In this document: positions 32,583 through 41,435 of the stretch, piece by piece
How positions within the stretch are numbered: position 1 is the stretch's first letter
Layout of the letters: each line of letters opens with the position of its first letter
From: Anaeromyxobacteraceae bacterium
GTDB taxonomy: Bacteria > Myxococcota > Myxococcia > Myxococcales > Anaeromyxobacteraceae
Assembly (NCBI GenBank): GCA_047602405.1
Contig: JASGHJ010000002.1
Coordinates: 3,296,001 to 3,360,000 of the forward strand
Length of the DNA stretch: 64,000 nt
Direction of reading: 5' to 3'
Notes under the pieces: model-generated
The model's database searches: none
Seen by the model: only the letters and a program-made list of their open reading frames with translations
Told to the model about the DNA's origin: nothing
Made by a program: the position numbers and the translations under genes

Positions 32583-32855
32583 ATGCGGATCGAGATGGAG
32601 GCGTTCGAGGAGGGGACCGAGATCATCCGGGTCTACCTCGCGCTCAAGGTCGACGAGGCGACCGCGGTCGAGCGGGCGCTCGACGCGGCCGGCGTGGAGT
32701 ACGGCGTCGAGGTCGAGGACATCGTGCAGCCGAACAACCTCGGCCTGCGCACGACCCGGAGTGCGGCCGGCTTCTGGATCCGCGAGCCCGCGCTCGACGC
32801 CGCGGAGGCCGCGCTCGTCGCGGCGAAGCTCGAGAAGGGGCTCGTGCTACGGTAG
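32583..32855 (+). CDS. Hypothetical protein (90 aa)
   Basis: Typical codon usage; fills the gap divergent from mscS. Confidence 0.7.
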   Translation: MRIEMEAFEEGTEIIRVYLALKVDEATAVERALDAAGVEYGVEVEDIVQPNNLGLRTTRSAAGFWIREPALDAAEAALVAAKLEKGLVLR

Positions 32856-32864
32856 GCGCCCGTC

Positions 32865-34370
32865 GTGAGCACGATCCCCGATCGCCGCGCCCTCGTGGTG
32901 GACGACAGCCTGGCCGCCAGGACCGCCGCCGCACACCTCATCGAGCCGCTCGGCTTCGACGTGGACCTCGCAGAGGACGGAGGGGCTGCGCTGCGCCTGC
33001 TGGAGCACGACGGCACCTACGACCTCGCGCTCGTCGACATCCAGATGCCCTCGCTCGACGGCCACGAGCTCGTCCGGATGATGCGTGCGCGCGGCAACTT
33101 CACCCCGGTCGTGGTCACGACCGGCGCCGTCGGTACCCGGCAGGTCGCCGCGGTGCTGAAGGTCGGCGCGAACGACTTCCTGACGAAGCCGATCGATCCC
33201 GTCCAGCTCCATCAGGCCGTCGCGCGGGCGCTCAACCTCGCGCCCGACACGCTCCGGCCCGAGACCCCGCGCGTCCTCGTCGCGGGCGACGCTGCCCTCC
33301 TCGCGACGGTGAGGGAACACCTGCCCCCCTACGTCGAGCTCGACCGCGTCGAGCCGGGTGAGGTCGACCCCGCCCTCCTCCGCGCCGCCTACCGCGCTGC
33401 GGTGGTCCGCCTCGGGGAGCCCAGGAGCTCCAGCCGCCGCGAGGAGGCCGAAGCGATCGCCTCGCGGACCGCGGAGGCGCTCCGCGCCACGCAGCCCGAG
33501 GCCGGGCGCTTCCTCGTCACACCGGACGCGGCCCCCGACCTCGGTTACGACCAGGCGCTGCCGGAGTCGACGCTGGCGGAGGCGCTCCGGACCTGCGTGT
33601 TCCCCGGCGCGGTCCGCCCGCTGGTGCTGAGCGATGACGCGCTGATCCGGGTGGCGTCGTTCCGGGGCGCACCCTCGTCGGAGCGAGCGTACTTCGAGGT
33701 CGTACTCCGCCGCCTGCGGAGCACGATCGCCCAGCTCGGCCCGACGCCGTCCCTCGTCGTGGATCTCTCGCGAGTGCCGGCCAGGACGGCCGAGGTGGAG
33801 CGTCTCGCGACCGAGGTGGTGGGCTCCTTCGAAGGGAACGACGACGGCCCGGTGATCTGGGTACCCATCGCGCTCGTGCCCTCGATCCAGCGGCTCGCGC
33901 TCCGCGCACGCATCCGCCCTCCCGGGCTGGTGCGCGCGCCGCGCGCGCTCTTCCGGTGGACCCCCGATCTCGCGACCGGAATCCAGGCCATCGACGAGGA
34001 ACACCAGGAGCTCTTCCGGAGGGTGGAGGGGCTGCTGGTCGCGTCGCGAAGCGGACGGGGCCACCAGGAGCTCACGGCGGCCTTCGAGTTCCTCGAGCAG
34101 TACACCGCGCACCATCTCGCGGAGGAGGAGGCCCTCATGAAGCAGAGCGGCTACCCCGAGCTGGGGGCACACGTCGGCGAGCACTGGGAGTTCTCGGCGC
34201 AGCTCCGGGCCTTCGCGGCGGAGCACGCGAGGGAACACTACTCGGATGACCTCGCGGCGCGCGTCGGGCGGTCCCTGAGCGAGTGGATCTACCGCCATGT
34301 CCGCCGGACCGACCGCGCGCTGGGACGGTTCCTCGCGCGGGGCGGGAAGCCGCCGGAGACGGAACGGTAG
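32865..34370 (+). CDS. Response-regulator receiver / bacteriohemerythrin fusion
   Basis: N-terminal VVDDS..D.QMP..FLTKP; C-terminal TGIQAIDEEHQELF, HLAEEEALM, H..EH and W..RHV..TD. Confidence 0.88.
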   Translation: MSTIPDRRALVVDDSLAARTAAAHLIEPLGFDVDLAEDGGAALRLLEHDGTYDLALVDIQMPSLDGHELVRMMRARGNFTPVVVTTGAVGTRQVAAVLKVGANDFLTKPIDPVQLHQAVARALNLAPDTLRPETPRVLVAGDAALLATVREHLPPYVELDRVEPGEVDPALLRAAYRAAVVRLGEPRSSSRREEAEAIASRTAEALRATQPEAGRFLVTPDAAPDLGYDQALPESTLAEALRTCVFPGAVRPLVLSDDALIRVASFRGAPSSERAYFEVVLRRLRSTIAQLGPTPSLVVDLSRVPARTAEVERLATEVVGSFEGNDDGPVIWVPIALVPSIQRLALRARIRPPGLVRAPRALFRWTPDLATGIQAIDEEHQELFRRVEGLLVASRSGRGHQELTAAFEFLEQYTAHHLAEEEALMKQSGYPELGAHVGEHWEFSAQLRAFAAEHAREHYSDDLAARVGRSLSEWIYRHVRRTDRALGRFLARGGKPPETER

Positions 34371-34387
34371 GCGGCGTCGCGCTTCGC

Positions 34388-36333
34388 CTCACAGTCAGAC
34401 CCGCTCGCTGCGCCTCCTCCCGAACTGGCCGTCCTTCCAGACGACGCCGTTCACGCGGAACTCGACGGCGTCGGGGAAGATGCCGGTGATGGTGGCGAAG
34501 CCCTCGTGGACCACGACGAGGTGGTGGTAGGCGCAGAGCGGCATGCGGTTCCAGTCGTCCTCGGAGCCGCCCCGGCTGCGAAACTCGATGTGGTGGCCCT
34601 GGCAGCTCCGGCGGCTGCACCCCGGGAACTGACAGCGCCGGTACTTCGCGCGCTGCTTCTGGGAGACGGTCTTCGGCTTCGTGCGCTCGTTGCACCAGGC
34701 CTGGATGAAGTGGCGGGCGAGCTCGCCGAGGAAGGCGCCGTCGAGGCGGGGCTCGGCGGGCGGCTTCGGCGTTGCCTCGTCTTTCCCGTGCTTTCCGTCG
34801 TGCTCGCATCCATCCACGCAGGGGGCTGACTCCTCCGCGGGGCGCTCCTCCGGCACCCGCCTCATCAGCGACACCTGGAACGCCTGCTCGAGCAGCACCG
34901 CGACGCTCCGCGGCACCCGGGCCTCGAAGAACTTCAGCGCAGACATCTGCGCGTCGGCCTTCGCCTGCACGACCTCCCTCAGCTCCACCACGGTCAGCTT
35001 CTCGGCCCGCTGCGCCATCTGGAGGAGGTCGACCTGGGGCACCTCCTTCAGGAGGAGGAGCTTCGAGTAGGTGAGCCCCATCTCCTTCGCGATCCGGAGC
35101 TCCGGCTTCTCCCAGAGGTGCTTCTCGAGCGCGGCGCGGGTCTCGATGGTGCGGGCCGGGACCCCGAGGCGCTCGGTCGCGTAGTGCCGGAAGTCCACGA
35201 ACCCCGCCTCGCGGTGGGTGTGCGTGCCCTTCACGACGGCCGAGCACCACCCCATGAAGTCGTCCCAGGCCTTGAGCTCGGAGGCGATGCCGAGGCCCGT
35301 CGCCATGAGCTCGTCGTCCGTGGCGAGGGCGTTCGGATCCACGTCGAGGGCCGCGACGGCGTGGACCGGGTCGAGGACCTCCCAGTGGGAGGTCTCGTCC
35401 TCGAGCTTCGCCTCCGCGGCGTCGCGCTTCGTCTGGACGTCGAGCGGGTGGAGCCGCCGCTCCACGGCGCGCTCCGCCTCGGCGGCGACCGACTCGTCTC
35501 CCGGGTGCTCCGACAGGTACTCCTGCGCGAGCGCCTCGAGCTGCACGTGCCGGTGCGAGCTCTCGACGAGCTCGCCCGCGAGGGCCATGGCGCTGCGGAG
35601 ATCCGCGTGGTCCTCGTCGGAGATCGGCACGCGCAGCCGGACCCACGGCTCCTCGTCCGCCTCCGCCTCCTCTGCGGCCGCATCCGGCCCCGGGAGCGCC
35701 TTCCGCTCCTTCAGGGCCTCCTTCACGAGCTGCTTCAGCTTCCGCACCGGCTGGACCTTCGCCTCCTCCACCCAGCGCTCCTCGTCGTCGCCGGCCGCGA
35801 CCGGCAGGACCGCGAGCGCCGCCGACGGGGTCACGAGCCCCTCGTACGCAGCGGCCCTCAGCAAGGGCCGCTCCCGGAGCGCCTTCGCGAGCTGCGCCGC
35901 CACCTGCGCCGCGCGCCGGCGGACGCCGAAGAGGTTCTCGGTGAGGTCGCCGAGGTTCGAGAACCCCTGCCGGGCGAGGCGGTCACCCTCCGTGAATGTG
36001 GCGAAGATCGCGCCGAGGCTGAGCTCGAGCGCGCTGCGCATGCAGGCGGCCTGCGCGAGCGCGCGCTCGAACTTCTCCGGGCCGCCCTCGCCGCGGAGGA
36101 CCAGCTCTCGAAGCTCGAGCATCGTGAAAGACGGGTACTCCCAGCGCGGCGCGTGCAGGTCCCAGCGCTCGCGGAGCGGATCCCTGCGGGCGGCGTCGTT
36201 CGCGGCGGCTACGGTCGCGGCCGCGCCCGTCGGCTCGGCACCCGGAGTGAATTCCGGGAGCGCCGCCGCGACGAGCTCGCTGGCCGTGCACGCGTCCATG
36301 CCCGCGATCCTGCCACCCCGGTCTGACGGTGAG
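34388..36333 (-). mobile_element. Candidate HNH/DUF222-like mobile element bounded by 14-bp inverted repeats
   Basis: CTCACAGTCAGACC (34388-34401) versus GGTCTGACGGTGAG (36320-36333), 13/14; deleted copy at 38216-38301; no target duplication seen. Confidence 0.5.
34395..36299 (-). CDS. HNH endonuclease with two DUF222-like helical modules
   Basis: C-terminal CQFPGC..HHI.FRSRGG....N...LCAYHH..VH; repeated GF......E.LGV..R......L...L...P.LR.A...G module. Confidence 0.88.
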   Translation of the reverse strand: MDACTASELVAAALPEFTPGAEPTGAAATVAAANDAARRDPLRERWDLHAPRWEYPSFTMLELRELVLRGEGGPEKFERALAQAACMRSALELSLGAIFATFTEGDRLARQGFSNLGDLTENLFGVRRRAAQVAAQLAKALRERPLLRAAAYEGLVTPSAALAVLPVAAGDDEERWVEEAKVQPVRKLKQLVKEALKERKALPGPDAAAEEAEADEEPWVRLRVPISDEDHADLRSAMALAGELVESSHRHVQLEALAQEYLSEHPGDESVAAEAERAVERRLHPLDVQTKRDAAEAKLEDETSHWEVLDPVHAVAALDVDPNALATDDELMATGLGIASELKAWDDFMGWCSAVVKGTHTHREAGFVDFRHYATERLGVPARTIETRAALEKHLWEKPELRIAKEMGLTYSKLLLLKEVPQVDLLQMAQRAEKLTVVELREVVQAKADAQMSALKFFEARVPRSVAVLLEQAFQVSLMRRVPEERPAEESAPCVDGCEHDGKHGKDEATPKPPAEPRLDGAFLGELARHFIQAWCNERTKPKTVSQKQRAKYRRCQFPGCSRRSCQGHHIEFRSRGGSEDDWNRMPLCAYHHLVVVHEGFATITGIFPDAVEFRVNGVVWKDGQFGRRRSERV

Positions 36334-36383
36334 AACGCATGATCCGGCTGGGGCTCAGGGAGGATTCGAGCCCCCGGGCCCCT

Positions 36384-36433
36384 GTCCCTCGTCTCCGCCC
36401 CCGCTGCGCGGGGGCTACGCTCGGGACGGACGG
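36384..36433 (+). repeat. REP-like palindrome, intergenic copy
   Basis: GTCCCTCGTCTCCGCCCC-hairpin-GGGGCTACGCTCGGGACGGACGG. Confidence 0.75.
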
Positions 36434-36450
36434 GGGCGCCTCCCGCGCCG

Positions 36451-36517
36451 CCTGGCTCGGCCCCTGGCTCGGCCCCTGGCCCGCAGCCTGGCCCGCCGCC
36501 CGGCCCGCCCGGCCCGC
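36451..36517. repeat. Degenerate 12-bp tandem repeat, about 5 copies
   Basis: cctggctcggcc x2, cctggcccgcag, cctggcccgccg, cccggcccgc. Confidence 0.75.
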
Positions 36518-36551
36518 GCGCTCGCGCAGGCCGGGCGGATCTCGGGTCAGC

Positions 36552-37454
36552 TCATCGGCCGAAGCCGACCGGCTCGAGCTCGACCTGCTCGACCAGCCAG
36601 CCGCCGTTCTTCATGAACCGCTCCCACATCGGACCCGGTGGGACGTGCGCCGGGTCCTCGGCCAGGCGTTCGCGCAGCCGGAACAGCCCGACCTGGTTCA
36701 CCCAAAGCGCCATCGGCTCACCGGCCGTGCCGAGGCCCACGGCGCCTGCGTCCGGCCGCAGCTCCCCGACGCCCCACGCGACGATCGACGTCGACAGCCG
36801 CTTCAGGTCGCCGGGCGCGTCCATGTAGACGGGGTCGAACGAGAACTGCAGCAGGTCCGGCATCGGCGCGCCCATCCGCGGGCTCACGAAGACCACCGTG
36901 TACTCGAGGTCCACGAGCGCGGCCTCCGCGCCGGTGGCGAGGTCGGCGGCCCGGGGGCCCCAGACCCAGGCGCTCGGCGCGGTCACCTCGTTCGAGGTGC
37001 CGAGGCCGTCCCCGTTGGCGTCGTTCCAGGGGTTGTAGCGGAGCCAGGCCGGCGCGTTCCGCGTGTGCAGCACGACCGTGACCTCGGCCCGCCCGTCCTT
37101 CAGCGGGCGCTCCGTGATGCTGCCCTTGAACCGCGTGCCCCACACCGGCAGCCCGTTCGCCGCGAGGTACCGGTCGACCAGCCCGGCGAAGTCCACCCGC
37201 ACGAACCTGCGGTACCCGTCCTCGAACTCGGCCCACCCGATCACGTTGCCGACGGGCGGCTCGGCGAGGAAGCAGGCCGCGTCGGGCGCGGTCCGGTAGC
37301 AGTACGTGCCCTGCGCCTGCACGAACTCCTCGATCGGGCGGTGTCCGACCTTGCCCGACCGCCCACCGTGCGGCCCCGCGAACGCGATCGCCGGGACCGC
37401 GAGCAACGACAGCAACACGAGCATCCACCTCGACCGCTGCCTCACGTTCCTCAT
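36552..37454 (-). CDS. Secreted hypothetical protein
   Basis: GAGG RBS, signal peptide (..AVPAIAFA) and typical codon usage. Confidence 0.75.
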   Translation of the reverse strand: MRNVRQRSRWMLVLLSLLAVPAIAFAGPHGGRSGKVGHRPIEEFVQAQGTYCYRTAPDAACFLAEPPVGNVIGWAEFEDGYRRFVRVDFAGLVDRYLAANGLPVWGTRFKGSITERPLKDGRAEVTVVLHTRNAPAWLRYNPWNDANGDGLGTSNEVTAPSAWVWGPRAADLATGAEAALVDLEYTVVFVSPRMGAPMPDLLQFSFDPVYMDAPGDLKRLSTSIVAWGVGELRPDAGAVGLGTAGEPMALWVNQVGLFRLRERLAEDPAHVPPGPMWERFMKNGGWLVEQVELEPVGFGR

Positions 37455-37673
37455 GGGAACCTCGCTGGTCTGGGGTTCGCTGCGTTGCCTCGGCCCGCGG
37501 CCGGGGCACGCGGGCGGCGGGTTCGAGCACCATCGGGTGCACGTACGATCCGTCCGCGCGACGCATGGTACGAGCCCTGCTGCCCACGGCAAGCCGATCC
37601 CTCGGGCTCCACCGTTGGACTGCGCCAGCGCCGCACGGAGGCGTCGGGTCACACCCGTTTCGTGCGTCCCGCT

Positions 37674-38120
37674 TCACCGCCGTTCGACGAAGCGCTTCAG
37701 GTCGTCCAGGTCCTCGAGGATCGCCTTCCTCAGCACGCCCCGGAAGAAGATCATCGGAAGCGACTTCACCTTCGCCAGGAGGCCTTGCGGCCGGGTCTCG
37801 TGCGAGCTCGTCACCACGACGTCTCCGTCGATCCCCGAGAGTCCCAGGTTCGTGATGAAGACGAAGCCGTCCAGCTCGGCCCGGGTCTCGTAGAGCTCAC
37901 CTTCGACCGCCGCCGTGATCCACTTCTCCACGGCTGCGGATTCGCCGAAGAACAGCCGGGTCTCGCGCCACCTCAGCCCGACGAGCCCGGTCGCGGGCTT
38001 CTCGAGGATCTCGATCTTCTGCACGCCGCTGAGGATGTCCGCGGCGCCCCGGATGTCGCTGACGGCGGACCAGACCGCCGCCCGGGTTCCGTTCATCGTG
38101 ACCTGGGCTTCCACGATCAT
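37674..38120 (-). CDS. SRPBCC family protein
   Basis: VW....DI......LSGV..IEIL...GLRWRETR..FG. Confidence 0.85.
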   Translation of the reverse strand: MIVEAQVTMNGTRAAVWSAVSDIRGAADILSGVQKIEILEKPATGLVGLRWRETRLFFGESAAVEKWITAAVEGELYETRAELDGFVFITNLGLSGIDGDVVVTSSHETRPQGLLAKVKSLPMIFFRGVLRKAILEDLDDLKRFVERR

Positions 38121-38215
38121 GGTGCCCTCCGGGTCCGGCGGTCGAAGGTGCCAGGCTGCCGGGGCAGCACGGCATGAACAAGCCCCGCGCGCGGTGACCC
38201 GCGTGGGCCGATGAC

Positions 38216-38301
38216 GCCTCGCCTCAGACCCGCTCGCTTCGTTCCCTCCCGAACTACGAGCTCACTGGCCGCACACGCGTCCACGCCCACGATCCTGCCA
38301 C
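38216..38301 (-). pseudogene. Internally deleted miniature of the HNH gene
   Basis: 38224-38255 matches 34395-34426 (28/32); 38256-38301 matches 36271-36316 (41/46). Confidence 0.85.
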
Positions 38302-38305
38302 GGAC

Positions 38306-40660
38306 CTACCGGACGAACGGCGGACCGTCGACTGCCGCCTCCGGCGCGCAGGCGAGCTCGCCCGCGTCCACGACCAGCGCGTCGGTCCGCGGCACCTCGA
38401 AGGTGACCCAGCAGGCCCGCGCGCCGGAGCTGAGCCGCGCCCGCCGCGGGCCCGGCGGGACGTCCTCCGCGAAGAGCCGCCCGTCCCGGCCGACCACGGC
38501 CTCGATGGAGGCGCCTTCCGTCTCGATGGTCAGCCGGGCCAACTCTGCGGGGACACGACCCTCCGCCCCCACGAACAGCGCCCGTCCGCGCAGCCCCTGG
38601 CGGCGCCGCGGCTCGAAGCGGACGACCACGCCGCCCCGGTGCGGCGGCGAGATCCGACGGGTGGTGGTGACCTCGACGCCCGGCGGGAAGGCATCGGGGT
38701 CGACCGAGAGGCGGTTCGGGTGGTGAGAGAGGAGATCGGTGACGATCACCCCCTCGCCCGACGCCGTGCCCACCGCGGTCCCGTTGCGCCGCACCGGCAC
38801 GCCCTCGGCGCCCGGGACCTCGACGAGCGCGAAGGCGTCCTGGATCGACCGCGTCGCAAGGAACGAGCCGCCGACCCACGCGAGGCCGCCCGCGACGCCC
38901 AGGTCGTAGGAGCGCCCCTCCGGTCCGCGGCTCGCGCGGGCCGTCACCTCGCCGCGTGAACCGAGCGCACGCACCTCCGCCGCGCCCGAGAGCTCGGCCT
39001 CGCCACCCGGGAGCTCGGTCCGTTCGCCGGAAACCCGCACGCCCACGCCCGCTCCGGGCGGCGGCGCGCGCTGCAGCTGGAACGCGGCCCTCCCGCGGTC
39101 GTCGCGCCAGCGCTGGTCGAAGCCTCCCCACCACCGCTCGGCGAGCGCGCCGGTGAGTGTGACGAACACCTCCGTGCGCCCGGCCGAGGTCCAGGTCCGC
39201 CGGATCGTGGCGGCGAGCTGGAGACCCCGGCCGAGCGGGCGTTGCCAGGAGCCGGCCGCGGCGAGGACGTCCGGGCCGCTCCGCGCGGAGGTGAAGGCGA
39301 TCGAGGCGCCGATCGTGCCCACCCAGGCGGCGCCGACCCCGGCGCCCAGCGAAGCCTCGAGCCGGTCGCCGGCGGCGGACGGCTGCAGCCCCGGCCGCGC
39401 CCAGCCTCCGGTGACGGCCGAGACCGCGGCGTGGATCCCCGCCGCCCGGGTCGCGCGGGCGTGCCGGAGCTCGGCGGCATACCCGGTGCCCGCGCCGGAG
39501 CGGCTCGCCCCGAGCGAGAGCTCGAGCTCGCCCAGCGGCCCGACGATCGCGGTCGCCGAACCGCCGGCGGCGACCGCCGTGGGATCGGCCTCGACGGAGG
39601 CGCCGACCGTGAGCGCCCGCGAGAGCCCGTGGCGTCCCGCCGCCACCGCCACCGGGGCGCCGTAGCGGAAGCTCTCCGCACCGAACCCCTCGCGGCCGAA
39701 GCCCGCGGCGAGGGTGAGGTCGGTGAGGCCGGGCAGGAGCAGCCGGGAGGAGAGGTAGTGGCGGGAGTCGAGGCGCGTCTCGCGACCGTAGGCGTCTCGC
39801 ACCACGAGCTCGACGGCCCGGCCGCCCTGGCCGGCGACGAGGTTCCGGAGCTCGAACTCGCCGGCCGGCATCCGCCGGCGCTGCACGAGCTGGCCATCGA
39901 CCCAGACCTCCACCTCCGAGGGCGTCTGCAGCACGCCCGCGAGGTCGAGCGCGGGCGTCGTCGTGAGCAGGGGCGCGACGGCGGGCGTGGTCTGGAACGC
40001 GATCCCTCCGAGCGCGACCCCCGAGAAGCCTGGGAGCCCGGACCCGACCAGGGCGTCCCCGACGGTGAGCCGCCCCCGCGCGTCCGGGAAGTCGCGGGTC
40101 GCGGCGGAGAGGAGGCGCACCGGAGCCCGGCGCTCCGGGAGGCGCTGGGTGAGCGTGGAGGCGAAGAGCCAGCCGTCGATGGGGCGGACCGCCGCGTCGG
40201 CGGTGAGGTCGAGGTGCTCCTCGCCCCGCGGCCCCGAGCGCGAGAGGTGGGCGCCGTAGTTGAGGAGCGCCGAGCGCGCCTCGAGCACCTCGACCCCGGC
40301 GGCGTCGGGGCGCGCGAGGTCCACGAGCGTCCGGCGCAGGAGCCGGGGTTCGGCGGTGAGCTCGAGCGTGGCGGAGGCCTCGTCGACCGCGAAGCCGACG
40401 CCCGGCGCCAGCGCGCGCAGGGAGACCCGCCCCGCGTCGTCAGCGGGGAGCCGCGCGACCTCGCGGAAGCCCGCCTCTCCGAGGTCGCTGGCGGCTACGA
40501 GCACGTCCCCGTCCGCGGCGAGGACCACGAGCCGGACGCCCTCGTCCTCGGTGTTCACGAGGAGGCGGAGCACGGCCCGGCGCGCCGCAGGACCGTCCGC
40601 CAGAGCGGGCAGGGCCGCAGCCGCGACGAGGGCGGCGAGGGCTCCGAGGGCGGCACGCAC
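38306..40660 (-). CDS. Fimbrial outer-membrane usher (archaic/Csu type)
   Basis: PSEVEVWVDG, VVRDAYGRE, LL.PGLTD and I.DAFALV.VPG..GVPV motifs. Confidence 0.88.
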   Translation of the reverse strand: MRAALGALAALVAAAALPALADGPAARRAVLRLLVNTEDEGVRLVVLAADGDVLVAASDLGEAGFREVARLPADDAGRVSLRALAPGVGFAVDEASATLELTAEPRLLRRTLVDLARPDAAGVEVLEARSALLNYGAHLSRSGPRGEEHLDLTADAAVRPIDGWLFASTLTQRLPERRAPVRLLSAATRDFPDARGRLTVGDALVGSGLPGFSGVALGGIAFQTTPAVAPLLTTTPALDLAGVLQTPSEVEVWVDGQLVQRRRMPAGEFELRNLVAGQGGRAVELVVRDAYGRETRLDSRHYLSSRLLLPGLTDLTLAAGFGREGFGAESFRYGAPVAVAAGRHGLSRALTVGASVEADPTAVAAGGSATAIVGPLGELELSLGASRSGAGTGYAAELRHARATRAAGIHAAVSAVTGGWARPGLQPSAAGDRLEASLGAGVGAAWVGTIGASIAFTSARSGPDVLAAAGSWQRPLGRGLQLAATIRRTWTSAGRTEVFVTLTGALAERWWGGFDQRWRDDRGRAAFQLQRAPPPGAGVGVRVSGERTELPGGEAELSGAAEVRALGSRGEVTARASRGPEGRSYDLGVAGGLAWVGGSFLATRSIQDAFALVEVPGAEGVPVRRNGTAVGTASGEGVIVTDLLSHHPNRLSVDPDAFPPGVEVTTTRRISPPHRGGVVVRFEPRRRQGLRGRALFVGAEGRVPAELARLTIETEGASIEAVVGRDGRLFAEDVPPGPRRARLSSGARACWVTFEVPRTDALVVDAGELACAPEAAVDGPPFVR

Positions 40661-40666
40661 GTGCGG

Positions 40667-41428
40667 TCAGGGCGCGGGAGCGGCCGGCGCGGCCGCGCAG
40701 CCCGTCGGCGGCAGCTCGAGCGTCGCGGGCGGCAAGCTCGTCCCGTCCGAGAGATCGGCGGCGACGGAGAGCACCCGCGCCTCGCGGCAGTCTGCCTCAT
40801 CGAGCCTGAGCGAGTAGACGGCCGCGGCGCCGGCGAGCACGTACCACCCTCGGGCGTCCCGCTCGAAGCGGGTCCGGCCCGCCGCGTCCTTGCCGTCGAT
40901 GCGCAGCCGCCGGACCCTGGCGTGGACGTTGCCCGGGTTCTCGAGCCTCACGTGCACGAGCCCGCCGTCGAGCCAGATCCGCGCGAGGTGCCGGCGCGGC
41001 GCCTCGCGGTCGGGCTTCACGAACAGCGGCACGCCGAGCCGGAAGGTCATCTTCACCCGGGGTTGCCCCGGCTCGTCCACCGGCAGTTCCTGCAGGTAGA
41101 CCCGGTAGGCGCGCTCGCCGTCCGCGCCGTGCGGGGCGGCGTCGAGGCCGACCCGGACCACCCGCTCCTCGCCGGCGGCGAGCCGCAGCAGCTCCGGGAA
41201 GATCACGAGCTCCGGCGCGGGGTCGTAGCGCTCCGCTCCGTCCTCGCCCTGCGTCCAGCGGGCGGCCTCCACCTGGAGCGACGCCGGAGCGGCGCCGGTG
41301 TTCCGCACCACGAGCGCCGCCGAGCGGCGGGTCGCGTCGAGGACGAGCGGGATGGGCTGCACGTCGAACGGACCCGCGGCGGCGAGCGCCGGGGCCAGGG
41401 CGAGGAGGAGCGGAAGCGCTCGGATCAT
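40667..41428 (-). CDS. Fimbrial chaperone (PapD-like)
   Basis: ERAYRVYLQELP, LGVPLFV.P and N.GNVHAR motifs. Confidence 0.88.
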   Translation of the reverse strand: MIRALPLLLALAPALAAAGPFDVQPIPLVLDATRRSAALVVRNTGAAPASLQVEAARWTQGEDGAERYDPAPELVIFPELLRLAAGEERVVRVGLDAAPHGADGERAYRVYLQELPVDEPGQPRVKMTFRLGVPLFVKPDREAPRRHLARIWLDGGLVHVRLENPGNVHARVRRLRIDGKDAAGRTRFERDARGWYVLAGAAAVYSLRLDEADCREARVLSVAADLSDGTSLPPATLELPPTGCAAAPAAPAP

Positions 41429-41435
41429 GGCCGCC

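Noticed and set aside
37566..37581. sigma-54-like box TGGTAC-N5-CTGCT on the + strand
   Set aside because: No sense gene lies downstream and the -12 element is imperfect
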